Origin: Epiperipatus broadwayi | Lineage: Eukaryota; Animalia; Onychophora | Length of the DNA: 64,000 nucleotides | Reading direction: 5' to 3' | Assembly (NCBI GenBank): GCA_028023455.1 | Contig: JAQFVV010000011.1 | Coordinates: 5,084,001-5,148,000 of the forward strand | Shown here: in pieces, positions 49,106-61,882 of the stretch | How positions within the stretch are numbered: position 1 is the stretch's first letter | How the letters are laid out: every line of letters starts with the position of its first letter | Notes under the pieces: generated by a model | Seen by the model: only the letters and a program-made list of their open reading frames with translations | Databases searched by the model: none | Told to the model about the DNA's origin: nothing | Translations under genes and position numbers: made by a program

Positions 49106-51780
49106 AAATATAATAGATTTAATTTTGCCCTATTTCCCAAATTCATCACCATCACTGCTGCTCATCCATCTAATTCTCTTGCCTTTCCACTTTTCAATTT
49201 CTTCTCTGTGTCATTTTCTGTAAAACTAATATCTCCATTACTATGTGCTTTTAGGTTTGTTATCACTCTGTTCTTCATATCTGACATCTTTTCTATGTTC
49301 ATTACATACTTATTTAAGATGTCTCTAATTCTCTAGAGCTACACTCTTTTTCCTCATCATTTAGAAATACTATTTCTTTCTTCCTACATTTCTCCACTTT
49401 TATTAATATCCTTCAATAATTTACTATTTAATTTCATTTTCTATAATTATCTATTTTAGCCAATTTCTTTTTTAAAAAAAAATACTTTTCCCATTTAATA
49501 ATATCTTTTTCACTTTCTTTACTTTTAATAGCACATTTATGTTCTCTGCATGTTTTTTCATTTCTTTTACACTTGTACTAATTCTCACTTTTCTATTTTA
49601 TCCCAAATATTCTCTCCTAAAACCCTATTTGTCACTTTTTCTATTTTACCACACCAGTTCCCCAACCCACTATTTCATGATTTCTTCAACTTTTATTTTA
49701 TATTCTTCGAACATATTTTTATCGTTCATTCTTCATCCACATCTTTCACTATCCTTTCTACTTTTATTACTATTTCCTATCACATTACTAACCATTTCTA
49801 ATATAAAGAAATTATGATCACTGTTACATACTCTCTCTTTATTATCAAACACTTTAATTTTCCATACTTTATTCATTCCCTCTTTCTCTACTAATACATA
49901 ATCTATTGTGCAAAATATATTTCTAGATCATGTGTTTTGCTCCTCATAAATATTTGATAAATTTCCAATGCTCAAATTTGCTCTCTGACAAAAAAATTTC
50001 AAAAGCTGTCCATTCTTGTTATCCACATCACCAAATTCTTCAATATGCCCATACATATCCCCATAATCATTAGTTTCTTCCCTTTTTATTTGAAAATCTA
50101 TATATTCATAACTAGGCATTCATATATGCTATTGTTCCACTCCATTATAGTTTGACTATCTCAAATGGCCATATACATTATAACCACCATCTATTTGTGC
50201 TTCCTAACTTTATCTCAAACCACAAATGTTCTTGACACTTCACAGTATTTAATATTTTTTGACATATCTCCTATACTACCATCTCTTTTTCTTTTCTATT
50301 TATACCCTGCTTTACCAAAGTTTCCAGTTTAGATTCTTCTCTTAGATGTATTACGACTACTGCTAGTACCTCAAATGCTTAGTTTTTAACTGCTTTATTT
50401 AATTCCAACCATTTTTCTGGTTTCATATCATCTTGCATATTCAAATATTCAATTTTAACAATTTCTTATTACCCTTATAATTCTTTTGGCCCATTCCACA
50501 TTACATTTATATCTGGATCAACTACCCTTTGTTTACTATTTACATACTGTCCATTCTTAATCTTTTTGACAATACTGTAATTTAAAACCCTAATCTTTAT
50601 AAGTTTCTCGAACTATAATATTTTTCATAAATCAAACCCCCTAATGCTTTACTTCCTTGTTTTGCTAAGTGAAATCCATTTTTACTATACACCTCCCTCT
50701 TACTAATAAAAACTACCATACATCTATAAACATAAGATTATTTCTGTCGCATAATTTTTTCAATCTCTTTTATAGAATATGCCCTATCTAACATACTTAA
50801 TGTCCAATCTTGGTAATAATACAATTCCCCCTACTCTTCCTTTAACCTTATTAAAACTACTAATCAATTATTTGTACTTATCAATTACTCTCTCTGATGT
50901 CTCTGACAAATTATTTGTCCCTACTATAACATAAACATCTTTACTCCGTTTCTTTATCTTATCTATAACATCCCTAATTCTAGCTTCAGGCAAATGTACT
51001 CTTATATACCTATTTCTATTTTCCCTTATCCTATAATTAGTGAGTCCCCTATCAAGACTCATAATTTACTTTCTCTAATTCATCTGTAACATTCTCTTCC
51101 ACTTTGTTGACTTCCTTTTTTTTCCTTATCATTTTTATTCATTAATTTCTTGATCTGCTCACACTTCATACTTAACACTTTTAATTTTACTTCTACATCC
51201 TTTACTTCTTCCTTTATCTTACTTATTCTTTGCCTATATCCATTGCACTACATATTTTGTCATCCATATTTCATTTACTAAATATATATTTCATTCTATC
51301 GTCCTTATCTACATTTTTCTTCATTTGTCCTGACTTTCTCTTTATATTATTTATACTTTAAAAACATTTTTTAACCTTTTTTATCACATTTACACCTTTT
51401 ATATCCTTCTTAGTCTTATTTAAGCACTTCAGATGGAAAACCTTATCACATACCTTTTATCAGTTGAATTTCAAAACAATTCCATCTCTAGGGCAAATTC
51501 AATAAATAAATCATCTATTCCAGCTGCTGATTAGACTTGAAAATAAGATATATTTTTAAAATATTTTTTACTGAATTAGTAACAAAAATATTGCAATTAA
51601 AAAAAAATGGGGACATTTCTAATAAATACTCCTTTCAACTCTCTTTAGTCAAAAATTATTCATTATAAATAAAGGTTTCATGCACTTTAAAAAGCGAATA
51701 ATTCTTTAATCAAACAAGTAAACTTTAACTGAAATGTAAACAAAAGAGTTTGAGGAATTTATTATTTTAGCCATGAAATA

Positions 51781-51880
51781 TTTTTTTTTTCTCGTGTGTC
51801 ATAGCACATGCTGGGAAGCTAACCCGGGACAACTGCTTGCAAAGCAGCTGTCACTGACCTCTCGACCACCAATGCATGAC
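51781..51880 (-). mobile_element. tRNA-derived SINE
   Basis: Minus strand GCATTGGTGGTCGAGAGGTCAGTGACAGCTGCTTTGCAAGCAGTTGTCCCGGGTTAGCTTCCCAGC plus an A tail. Confidence 0.8.
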
Positions 51881-52000
51881 AAATAAAATATTCTTAATGT
51901 GCTAGAACTTTGCCAAAAGATAAAAACTATATACAAAAAAAGATAATTGCAGTACCAATGAAAACCATGAATAATTTAATGACTTTTTATTATTAATAAT

Positions 52001-52096
52001 TTTTTTTTCATGTGTCAAAGCATTGGCTGGGAAGCGAACCCGGAACAACTGCTTGTAAGGCAGCTGTGCTGACCACTCAACCACCAATGCTTGACA
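52001..52096 (-). mobile_element. tRNA-derived SINE with a near-intact cloverleaf (52020-52090)
   Basis: Acceptor stem GCATTGG/CCAATGC, anticodon loop CTTACAA, T loop TTCGCTT, A tail. Confidence 0.8.
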
Positions 52097-55000
52097 AATT
52101 AATTAATTAATATATTTTATTACATATTTCTAATTTTTTTTAGTTTAAATTGTTTTATTTGTAGGGGGGGGGTGTTTTCAAAAATAAAACAATACATTTT
52201 TTCATCAATTGCTTTGTTCAGTAAACCATTTTCAATTAATAAGTAAAGTAGCTTTATTCAATAAATAGCTCACTATTTTAAACAAAGATCCTCCAATAGT
52301 TTCTTATAGATGAATAACTTGCATTGCCAGAGCTTTCCAATTATTGTGTGGTGATGGTTTGAACAGTTTCCCATTCTTGGTTTATCCTCAAGAATAACTA
52401 CATACACATCGAGTGATCAATGTTTGTGGCCAGTTCTATTTGAGAGAAAAATCCTGCTTTTATTTGTCTGGATTTGAACACTAGGTCATATATATAAATA
52501 TATAGAAGACTAGTGACCATTAATTTGGCGAACTTTTAAGAGATATTTCCCCCAATCTTAAAAAATGCAGTTTTTAAGATTTCCAAAATTGATTGGTCTA
52601 GCAATGTCATAATAACAGTTTTGGGAGGACTCAAAGATGATTTTAATTCTGCAAAAGTAGTATACTATAAACATAAATTATTAATAATATTTTTAATCAA
52701 ACGATTGATATTATCAAAACATGTTGCCTTCAAATAGTAGAAAAAATACTTTCTAGTAAACTTTACGCAAAGACACATATCATTGGGGACACAACTACAG
52801 GAAAAAGATCATTAATCCAAAATTCTTATTTCCAGAGCTTGGGGATTTCAGAAAATGGTTACTCAGACTTTGCTTATAATGTAAATAAGCATTAGTTTTA
52901 TTATCTAGCTATTCTACATATCTGTTGTTGTTTTTGTTTGTTTATTTATAAATATGTATGTAAAGTATTAAGTGTAAAAGGTTAGATATCACATTTAAAA
53001 TTTTATTTGGATATTAGAAGTTTTAGAGTAATAGCTACTTGAATTAATGGTATTCTACACGTATATGCTTGCTTTTTTAATTCCATGGTAATTTAATTCA
53101 GTTAATCTATTCTATTCCCAAACTCAATAAACATTTTGCCGATGATAATTTCATAGCAATTGTGAATGACTTTTTGAATCTGGGAGTCGAAAACTTTTTA
53201 GTCTTGAATTACATCTATTTCAAAAAGACTGTTCATATTATTTTTTACTTGTGGTCATTTCTTTTTATCCCACTGTTGAATCTATAGAGATGTATGTGTA
53301 TAGTATGTTGCTAACAAAGAAATCTCCGCAAATGGAAAGTCTTTGCTGTATTTATGGTGCAGGAGAATCCATCTGTCTACTATTAAAAGATTTTCAGAGA
53401 TCTTAATTATCGAGTTTACGAATTTGACGTATAGAATTATATTCCCATTTAAGGGATAAAAAACAGATTGTTTAAAATAATTATTTATTTTTGCCTTAAA
53501 TTCAAAATAAGAAAGGGAAAATGTTGACAATTATTGGTTTTTATTTTCTAGAGTCTATTCAAAGAAATATAAACAATGTGGGAATTTATTTGTAATATAT
53601 TTTTTTTTAATTAGCTTTTGTTTTTTATTTTAAGGAATACACTATTTTGAAATTGCCGTGAACTTTAATATTTCGCAAGAGAAGCAAGCATTCCAAGAGC
53701 TGTCTCATCTTGATGATTATTTTATTTTACTGTTTATAATATACAGTTGCACTGAAGGATCTTTTAAAATATATTTCACTTTTTATAACTAGGATTTTTT
53801 TTAAAAAAAAAAATTCTACATATGTGAATTAAAAAGGAAGTTTGTCAAGAGAAATTCCTAAAATTACATTCATATGAAATTAATCTTTTGGGATATTCTG
53901 TTAAAATCGCATACTTCTCATCTACAAATAAGACTAGATTTGCTTTTTTTTTTACCCTCTCCAAAATGAGTTTGTATGAAAAATACAAAAATAATTCTGT
54001 GCATTGTCCCTTACAACATAGTTAATAAAAAATAGAAATGAATGATTATAAAAAAATGAATAATTAATTGAAGTGCGCATGCTCAGAGCAAAGTTGTTAA
54101 TGAATAAATCTATTCAATTATAATGTTTATTAGTTCTTTTAACAACTGTATAATATATGTCTTTGTAATAGATTTGCAGATATGCTTTCAAAAGCAGATT
54201 TTTTTTCATTTTATTTTAAAACTCTAATGTAAGCTTGAAAATTTAATGGAGACGAGGTATGTTGCTAAAATTCTGACTTTTGCCTTCATTAATAAGAAAT
54301 AGGATTCCAAGCTGAAATTAATACAATTTTTATTTCTTTATATTATTCGAGCTTATAACGTGAAATTCAACAAAACTCAAGATTTTGAAACCAGGTAACT
54401 CGGAACAATTATAGTTGATTTGACATCAGGTCAGTTTCTATATAGTTTCAAAGCTCAGTTTTATTAAATTTCAGGTTATTAGTTGAAATTATATAAAGGA
54501 ATAATAGTGAGTATTAGGTTCATAAGTCCCTTAGTTTCATCTTTGATTTCTAACACTCATTGATGAAGGCAAACAATAGAAACCACTGTGGATGGTAATA
54601 TACCATCATACCATATGACATTCATTAATTACTCAAGCTTACCAGCAGATAGCTTTGGATTAGAGTGAAGAAATCTAATCTTATAATCCATCTGTAAATA
54701 GAAAAAGGGTTCAATTCAATTTCCAACATCTAATTCATATGAAAGTTAGTAATAAATTTATGGCATCTGGAAATGATAAACAAACAGTAGCTATATGCTT
54801 GCAAGTATTATCTTTAGGAGAACACAAACGACAAAATATTTTTTTAATTATGCTTTTCATGGAAAATTCATTCTCCATAGTCATATCATAATTAGATCTT
54901 TTGCCAATCTTGGAATCATTTTCATAACTATCAGTGTCAACTAGTGAAAATTGACTAAATTCAAGCCTAGAAATACAGTGATATTTATTAAACAGGGATA

Positions 55001-55812
55001 TTGTAATAAATTTTGCAATGACTCAATTTGGCCCTAAAGATGGGAACTTATAATGCGCCATTTAAAGAATCATGATATTAAAATGGAGGAATCAGTTTTC
55101 TACAATACATTTATTTTATATAACAAATTTCAAACAATCTACATTAAAATATATTATGTAACTTATTTAATATAATCTAATATATTCAAACTTTAGAAAA
55201 TTCCATTATGATTTTGAATAAAAAATATATTACTGACAATATTTTGTGTGATTAACCAAAGATTAATAATAATATACATCTAAATTTGATCAATTTTTTT
55301 CCTCAAAGGCATGACAATTTAGTCAAACTGTAAAGCATCAAAGTTTTTCAAATGCTTGACAATTTCACTTGTTGGCACATAATTGAAGAGTTATACATTT
55401 AACATATTAAAAATATTTTATTTGATCATGCCTGTATGAAATAAATTTCCTTGACCTTTATTCTAGGATTAGACGTTTAGGGCAATAGCTCTCTTAACAT
55501 CAGACAGATGAAGCATTTGTCCCAGACCTGTGCTTAGGAACTTCACAATTTTTGAATGCATTTGTAAGAAATTTCCAATAGAAATCAAGGTAATGCTATA
55601 AAAGTATAGTTTTCTGAAAAAAATAAGGATTTTTGAGATCATTACATCTTTCTAATAAAACAATATTTTGTTTATTTACAAACAAATTTCACAGGTTAAA
55701 GCTGTTTCATATTGTTCTAAATTTATCTTCAATTTCTGTTGTTATATATATATTGAGGGAATTATTCTAAGTTAAACATTAAATTTTAAAAATTACCTAA
55801 GAACTTCTATGA

Positions 55813-56431
55813 TTAAAACAGGAAAAACTCTCCATATAGTAGTGCCACTCAGTGCAAGCCAGAGTAATCAATGGATGCCAGAAGGCTTATGCATAAAACC
55901 CCTATCTAGTACCTACTCATTCTAGATTGTGGTTTTTGACAGTGAGAGCTTTCGATCTGACAGCATTGCACTTAGATCTTAGGATCTAATGCAACCCTCC
56001 AGCACCCACCTTTTATCTGTACTTAACTACAAAACGATGAGTCTAAAATTGAAAACAATATTTTCAATCCAAGCTCATTAGCTTATATAGTCATATAGCT
56101 TGGATTGAAAATATTGTATTTTCAATTTTACTCATAGTTTTATAATTAAGTAGAGTTAAAAGGTGGCTGCTGAAAGGTTCATTAGATCCTAAGATCTAGG
56201 TACAGTGTTCTCAGATCCAAGGCTCCTCATTGATGAAAGCCACTGCTAGGAACTAGTCAAGGAATATTGGATGTGTAGGCACTAGATAGGGATTTTATGC
56301 ACAAGCCTTCTGGCATCCATTGATTACTCTGGCTTGCACTGAGTGACACTACTGCATGGAGAGTTTTACCTGTTTTAATAACAGTTATGAGCAAGCATAA
56401 GAAATGGTGATCATGTGATATTCAATGGTTT
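55813..56431. mobile_element. Family-1 long fold-back element, opposite orientation
   Basis: Arms about 55813-56075 and 56097-56378, tail 56379-56431 ending atggttt; duplication aacttctat(g/a)attaaaa at 55802-55818 and 56432-56448; decayed HHR ttgatgaaagccactgctaggaactagtc near 56230. Confidence 0.9.
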
Positions 56432-57414
56432 AACTTCTATAATTAAAAAAAGCATTTGAAAAAATTTTACTTTAGAATTTTATTAGAAATTTTGTCCACA
56501 CATAAGTAAAGCATGAAGTCTTTATTTTCAACTTGATGTTTTCACTAATATAAATATTAGCCCTATGAACTTCAGGGGTATAACTTGTAGTTGTTGCAGA
56601 TATTGGAAACTTCAAAATTAGACCATTTATCATTTCTCTGCTAAGAATCTGGCAAAGTAGCAACTGACATTTACTATTTAGTTAATAAATTACTATTATA
56701 AAATAAACATCTATTTTCTAAATCCACATCATGGTGATTCAAGCAGTAACAGGTTCATTTGAATGAGATACTGATTCAAGTTTGCTGTTATACCTTTTCG
56801 AGTCCTGGTGGCACTTAAGGCCAATCAATCAAGGGAAAACTTTGCGAAAGAACATCAAGGAAAAAATGAAATTATCTAGATGCTAAAATCCATCAGTCGG
56901 TATTTTGTTCAGATAATGAAAAAATCTTTTTAACTTATATTCACTAAGTGTAGAGTTCATAATTAGTTATAGGAATATCCCAAGTGCTACAACCAAAAAT
57001 AAAGAAAACGCAGGCAGTGATCTCACCTCCTATGAAATTGTTCTAGTACTTACTATATTTAAAAGAATAGTTCTTAAGGATAAAAGATATAAATATTATA
57101 TTAAAAAAATATTTATATATGAATGTAATTTTGTATATGAAGTAGAAAGCTGCTTTGCATATTGAGTCCCTTTATTCATCTCCCTATGAATTATGCAAAT
57201 ATTATATACTCCAATGTGATGGGTTGAGGATTATCATATTTCATATTGTTGGATCAATCACTAATGATTATTATCCCATCAACTATTTTACATAGAAGAG
57301 AAAGCATATATACAGCTTTTTGTATATATCAATACTTTAAATAACTATTAATTTACATCAAAGACATAGGATTATTTTTTACCGAATATCAAACTAATTT
57401 AAATATGTATACAA

Positions 57415-58106
57415 GAAAGTAGGATTAAGGACAAAAGTTTAAAAAACTAAAATGATGTTCAATGGATTTTCTCAAAAGATGAAAATAAAGGTTATTAATG
57501 ATAAGTTAGAAGAAGTTAACAATTACAAATATCTTGGTCAGATGATTACTACAGAGGGATACATAATGGTTGAAATTAATCATAGAATTAAACTTATTTG
57601 GGGTGCTTTTGGTAGAAATAATATTAAAAAAAGAAATAAGCCTATGTTTTTTGAAAAGGAAGGTTTTTAATAAATGTGTCCTACCCATTCTTAGTTATGG
57701 ACCTGAGATTTGGACACTTAGAAGGAGAGCAGTACAGAGACTTCAGACCATTCAAAGAAGTATTAAAAGATGCATGTTAGGGCTAACAAGAAGATATCAA
57801 AAACTAAATACATGGATGAGAGAACAAACAAGTTACTGACATTAAAAGAAAGAAGAGACTGAAGTGGAGTTGGATTGGACATATATTTAAAAGGCATGAT
57901 AATAGATGAACAGCTGAAGTGTCAGACTGGATTGCAAGAGATTGTAAAATATCTAAAAAGAGATCACATTGAGATGGATGAAATAAGGAAGCATGCTGGG
58001 ATGATATGGAGAAGAGAGGCTAGAGATCAGAGAAAATAGATTGAACTTGGAGAGGTCTTCATTCTGAAGTGGTTCGATAATGGTTGAAAATGATGATGAT
58101 GTTGAT
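57415..58106 (+). mobile_element. 5'-truncated RTE-clade LINE
   Basis: YKYLGQ, INHRIKLIWGAFG and CVLPILSYGPEIW motifs with a (GAT)n tail; homologous to 26200-26904. Confidence 0.88.
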
Positions 58107-61100
58107 AATATATATGCCGACAAAAGAGCATTGATCTGCAATCTCTGATCATAAATCTAAATTCTGGGGAAAGAGAAAAAAATGGGCAGTTGATGCAGTT
58201 AGGCTTATTAATTTATGGTTATTTACTGAAGGTTTAATTTTCTTGTAAATGCACAAACTTTTTTTTGATACTAATTACTTAGTCAGGCTTGGCTGCTTGA
58301 TGGTCTTCTGGATAGCCAAGAACACCTACAAATGCCATTTATGGGGCCTAGACTTATAACTAAGAAAACAGTTCTGTTTATCTTAGCCATTGCAGGCTGC
58401 TTGATGGCATAGCACAGAAATATTATGGTCTGTTTTGTGCTTCATGACACTTTATGCAAATTTGCACAATTCACAGCTGGTTACCATGTCATTTGACAGT
58501 GTCTGGATTTCAAGTGGCCACAACTTTTGAAATCTCCACAGCAGAATAATTTCATTTCTACTTAAATCATGCAGTGTGACTCACTAAGGATTGTCACACT
58601 GTACCCACCCTTTGCTTCACAACTTGGAATTTGCAAAACATTGACAAAGAGTAGGGCTAAACAGGATTCAGCCGAGCTCACACGAAAGCACATTTTCATA
58701 AGAAAATATATGAGACAAATAAAATGGCACACTGTGGCAAGGTATTCAATTCGCTTACATTTCCAAAACAAAAGGTTGTGATTCTATGACAAATCAGTAC
58801 AAAAGTTGTGATCTTATTTTTATTTGGGGGGGGGGGGGGAGGAGTGGGTTGAGAAATACTTTGTCATCACTAAGACAAAAATTCTTTTTGGTTTGTTTTT
58901 ATTTTTAAAAAAAGATAATAGAAATTGTTCTTAAAAATAAGTTTTACTATATCAACGGTAAAGATGTGTTTGTGTATAATTTTTATTATTGTAATTTGTT
59001 AGTAGGAAGGAACAAAAAAAAACCTAAAAATAAAAAATTAAAGATGTAGTAGAATAAAATAAAAAACCTAAAAAAATTTCATTAATAATAAAATTTGTTT
59101 TTAAAAATGGCTAAATAGAAATCGCGTAATACAAATAAAATCTCAAAAAAATCACCGTATAGGGAAAAAAAAGTTGCCGTATTTTAAAAATTGCAGACCG
59201 GTAATGTTGCATTGTATTGTTTTTGACTGGCAACAATGCCATCAAGTGACCAAGCCCAGCTAAGTAATTAGTACCATTTTTTTATTACATTGCAGCAAAA
59301 GAATTGTCATAGTTTATTTATAATTACATTTCAGTGAAAGAATATCATAGTTTGTTGCATTTATTATAAAACATGAATTATCTATGAAATTTTCTTATGA
59401 TAGTAGAAGTTTGTTAGCAATAAATATTTAGATTAATGATATTCTATGCATATGTTAAACTTATTGAAAGAATTGGTAAAACAAGTTAACCTACATAAAT
59501 GAATGTGATAGTGGTTTAGTAAAACAATCAGAAAACTAAAAATTGATGATATAATAAATATGAAGTAGTCTTAGTTTTAAAAGGATTTAGAATTTTTTGT
59601 AAGAAAAGGAAAAAAATGGTTTGATTAATTTTTTCCATACTCTTAATTTGAATGAGTTGAAAGTTGTTGCTGTTTTTTTTAATAATTATTAGACAATGTC
59701 TTTTCCATGCGTGATTCAATGCAGGGTGTCAAACTCTGGAACTTACAGTCCATAGATCTTGGCCCAGCTGTGGTTATATCCAGTGCTCAAACTTTTTGTA
59801 CACTTGAGGAATAAACCATTTGGCTATAAACCCACAATATTTTAAAAAGAAGATGGACAAAGTGACAAGGTAGGGATTGTAAGATTGTAAAAAGATTATA
59901 TACATATTCAAAGAGTTTATGATTTTATCCATCATTCTTTTATGAGCCAAAATAAGATTAAGATATTTATGAACATTTTTTTAAAATGATTTATAATTCT
60001 TCTTTTGTTATTTGAAGAGCAATGTGCAAAATTTTTTTACCTGTAATGATATATAATTTGTGTTTAAACAGTAAATCAAATTTTTGATATATAACAAGAT
60101 ATGCGATAAGAGAAAAAATCCAGATGATCAAAAAGATTTGTTGATAATCAGAATACTTTTAGAAACAGAGAAATATTAATGTTAATAAGTGAAAAGCATA
60201 TGATTTACATTAATATATGTGTGGCAATTAGAAAATTTATTCAAAAATTTAAGAGAGATTTTTAAGTAAAAGTAAGTAATAATGGTGAAATTGAAAATTT
60301 TAATATTTGATGGGTCTGTATTCAAACATTTTCCGTGTAATATAATGTTGCTCTTAGAGGCAGATATAAACAACTAAGTATCTTATTAATTAACAATAAT
60401 AAATATATCATAGTTCAAGTTTATTAGTTTGTCAAGACCGTAAAATCTAAATTTACAAGTTTGTGCCACTTTATAGGATTTGCCACAATTTGATTTGGGC
60501 CAGGAATGGAAATCTATAACAGAAGATCCAACTCAGTTGTGTAATAGGTGATTGTTTACCAGAATCCAACTCCACATTTATTTTCTATTGTTGTCTCATA
60601 ATTCACATATAAGTACTTGATTACCAGTGATGAGATGTTCAAACGATTTTTTGTGTATTAAGCTAAAATAAACTTTCAGCTATGAAAAAACACCAATTAA
60701 AATTGATAGGATAAACTGAGTCATGTGATCTTATAATTATCAATAGCCTTTGTCTGATTTTCTTTGAACCAAAAGGCATTATTTCCGAGCTTAACATTTG
60801 AGACGATGTATAAATAATAAATCAGACCAGATAATTTATACATGTAAGAAAATTTGAAGATTCACAAATCTGAATCTTCACAAGAAACTCACTATCTCGT
60901 ATATATTGAATATTTTCATGGATTTAAGATGTAAGTATTGAAATTATAATGTAAATTCTCAAATATCTAATTTGAATTACTACTTATACATTCTCTTAAG
61001 TATTAGATTAGAAGGAGCTATCTTTTTATTAAAGTAGATCAGACAAATGTTATTCATAATTACTAGATCATGTGACTCATGTTGCAGTATTGATTTTAAT

Positions 61101-61558
61101 TAGTGGTTGCTTGTTTGCATTATAGGTGAAAGTTTTTTTCTAATTTAACACATAAAAAATTCTCGTTATAATTTCAATCTTTATATCTATAGACCGTGAA
61201 TAATATTAATTAAATATTAGGTAGTTCATTAGTATTAACGCATTAAATTATTTTTTATTGTAACTATTATTTCACTCATTTCAAGTTGATTATTACATAT
61301 CATATGCGCACATACAGATTTATATATATCAAATCACTCTCCCAAATGTTAAGTCATTTCAGCTACTTAATATTTGGGAATGTGATTTGATATATAATTT
61401 CAGCTAGCAATATGCACTGGAATTATTTCATATACATATTATATTATATAATCCTTCTAAATTCTTTTCTTCCTCCTCTGTTTTTGCTGTCTTCATATAT
61501 AATATTGAATTTCAAAAAACTCACACACTTCACTTTTTAGCAAAAAACTTTTATTATT

Positions 61559-61602
61559 GATAACAGTTTCGACTATACCATGCAGTCTTCATCAGATCTA
61601 CA
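61559..61602 (-). ncRNA. Minimal hammerhead ribozyme (mirror copy)
   Basis: Minus strand GATCTGATGAAGACTGCATGGTATAGTCGAAACTGTTATC; the single difference leaves a G-U pair in stem II. Confidence 0.65.
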
Positions 61603-61837
61603 AAATTTGAACATATATAAACATACAACCATTAAAATACATTATTTTATATAAAATTATTAAATTCCTATTCAACTTTTAAGATTATAAAATAAGAATG
61701 TAAATATGTTAATGATATTATATGATTTAAAAAGGTTAGGAATTAATTTTAAAAAATTTAAAAGTTGGATAGGAATTTAATAATTTTATATAAAATAATG
61801 TATTTTAATGGTTGTATGTTTATATATGTTCAAATTT

Positions 61838-61882
61838 TGTAGATCTGATGAAGACTGCATGGTACAGTCGAAACTGTTATCA
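61838..61882 (+). ncRNA. Minimal hammerhead ribozyme
   Basis: GAT-CTGATGA-A-GACTG-CATGGTA-CAGTC-GAAA-CTGTT-ATC: 5-bp stem II, extra A after A9, predicted cleavage after GUU. Confidence 0.7.

Larger units (their letters stand above)
46835..51435 (-). mobile_element. Near-full-length decayed LINE (same family as 5150-7381 and 12296-16705)
   Basis: Same 5' end, HLPEARIRDV esterase-like motif, APE motif DNKNGQLL, RT remnants and a catcgcatcacat tail. Confidence 0.9.

Noticed and set aside
41277-49817. Phe/Ser/Leu-rich ORFs (41277, 48522, 49094, 49539, 49550) as membrane proteins
   Set aside because: They are antisense to purine-rich LINE strands, which are stop-poor by composition.
52020-52090. 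Functional tRNA-Val(TAC) gene
   Set aside because: The three copies disagree in anticodon loop, have T-stem mismatches and carry A tails, as expected for a SINE.
54560-54583. HHR-like TTGATGAAGGCAAACAATAGAAAC
   Set aside because: No stem II or stem I pairing and no family context.
58562-58781. hAT dimerisation-domain-like peptide (VLQIPSCEAK)
   Set aside because: Resemblance too short; the ER.FS motif is absent.
59722-59736. hAT-MITE-like terminus CAGGGTGTCAAACTC
   Set aside because: No matching opposite terminus or 8-bp duplication found.
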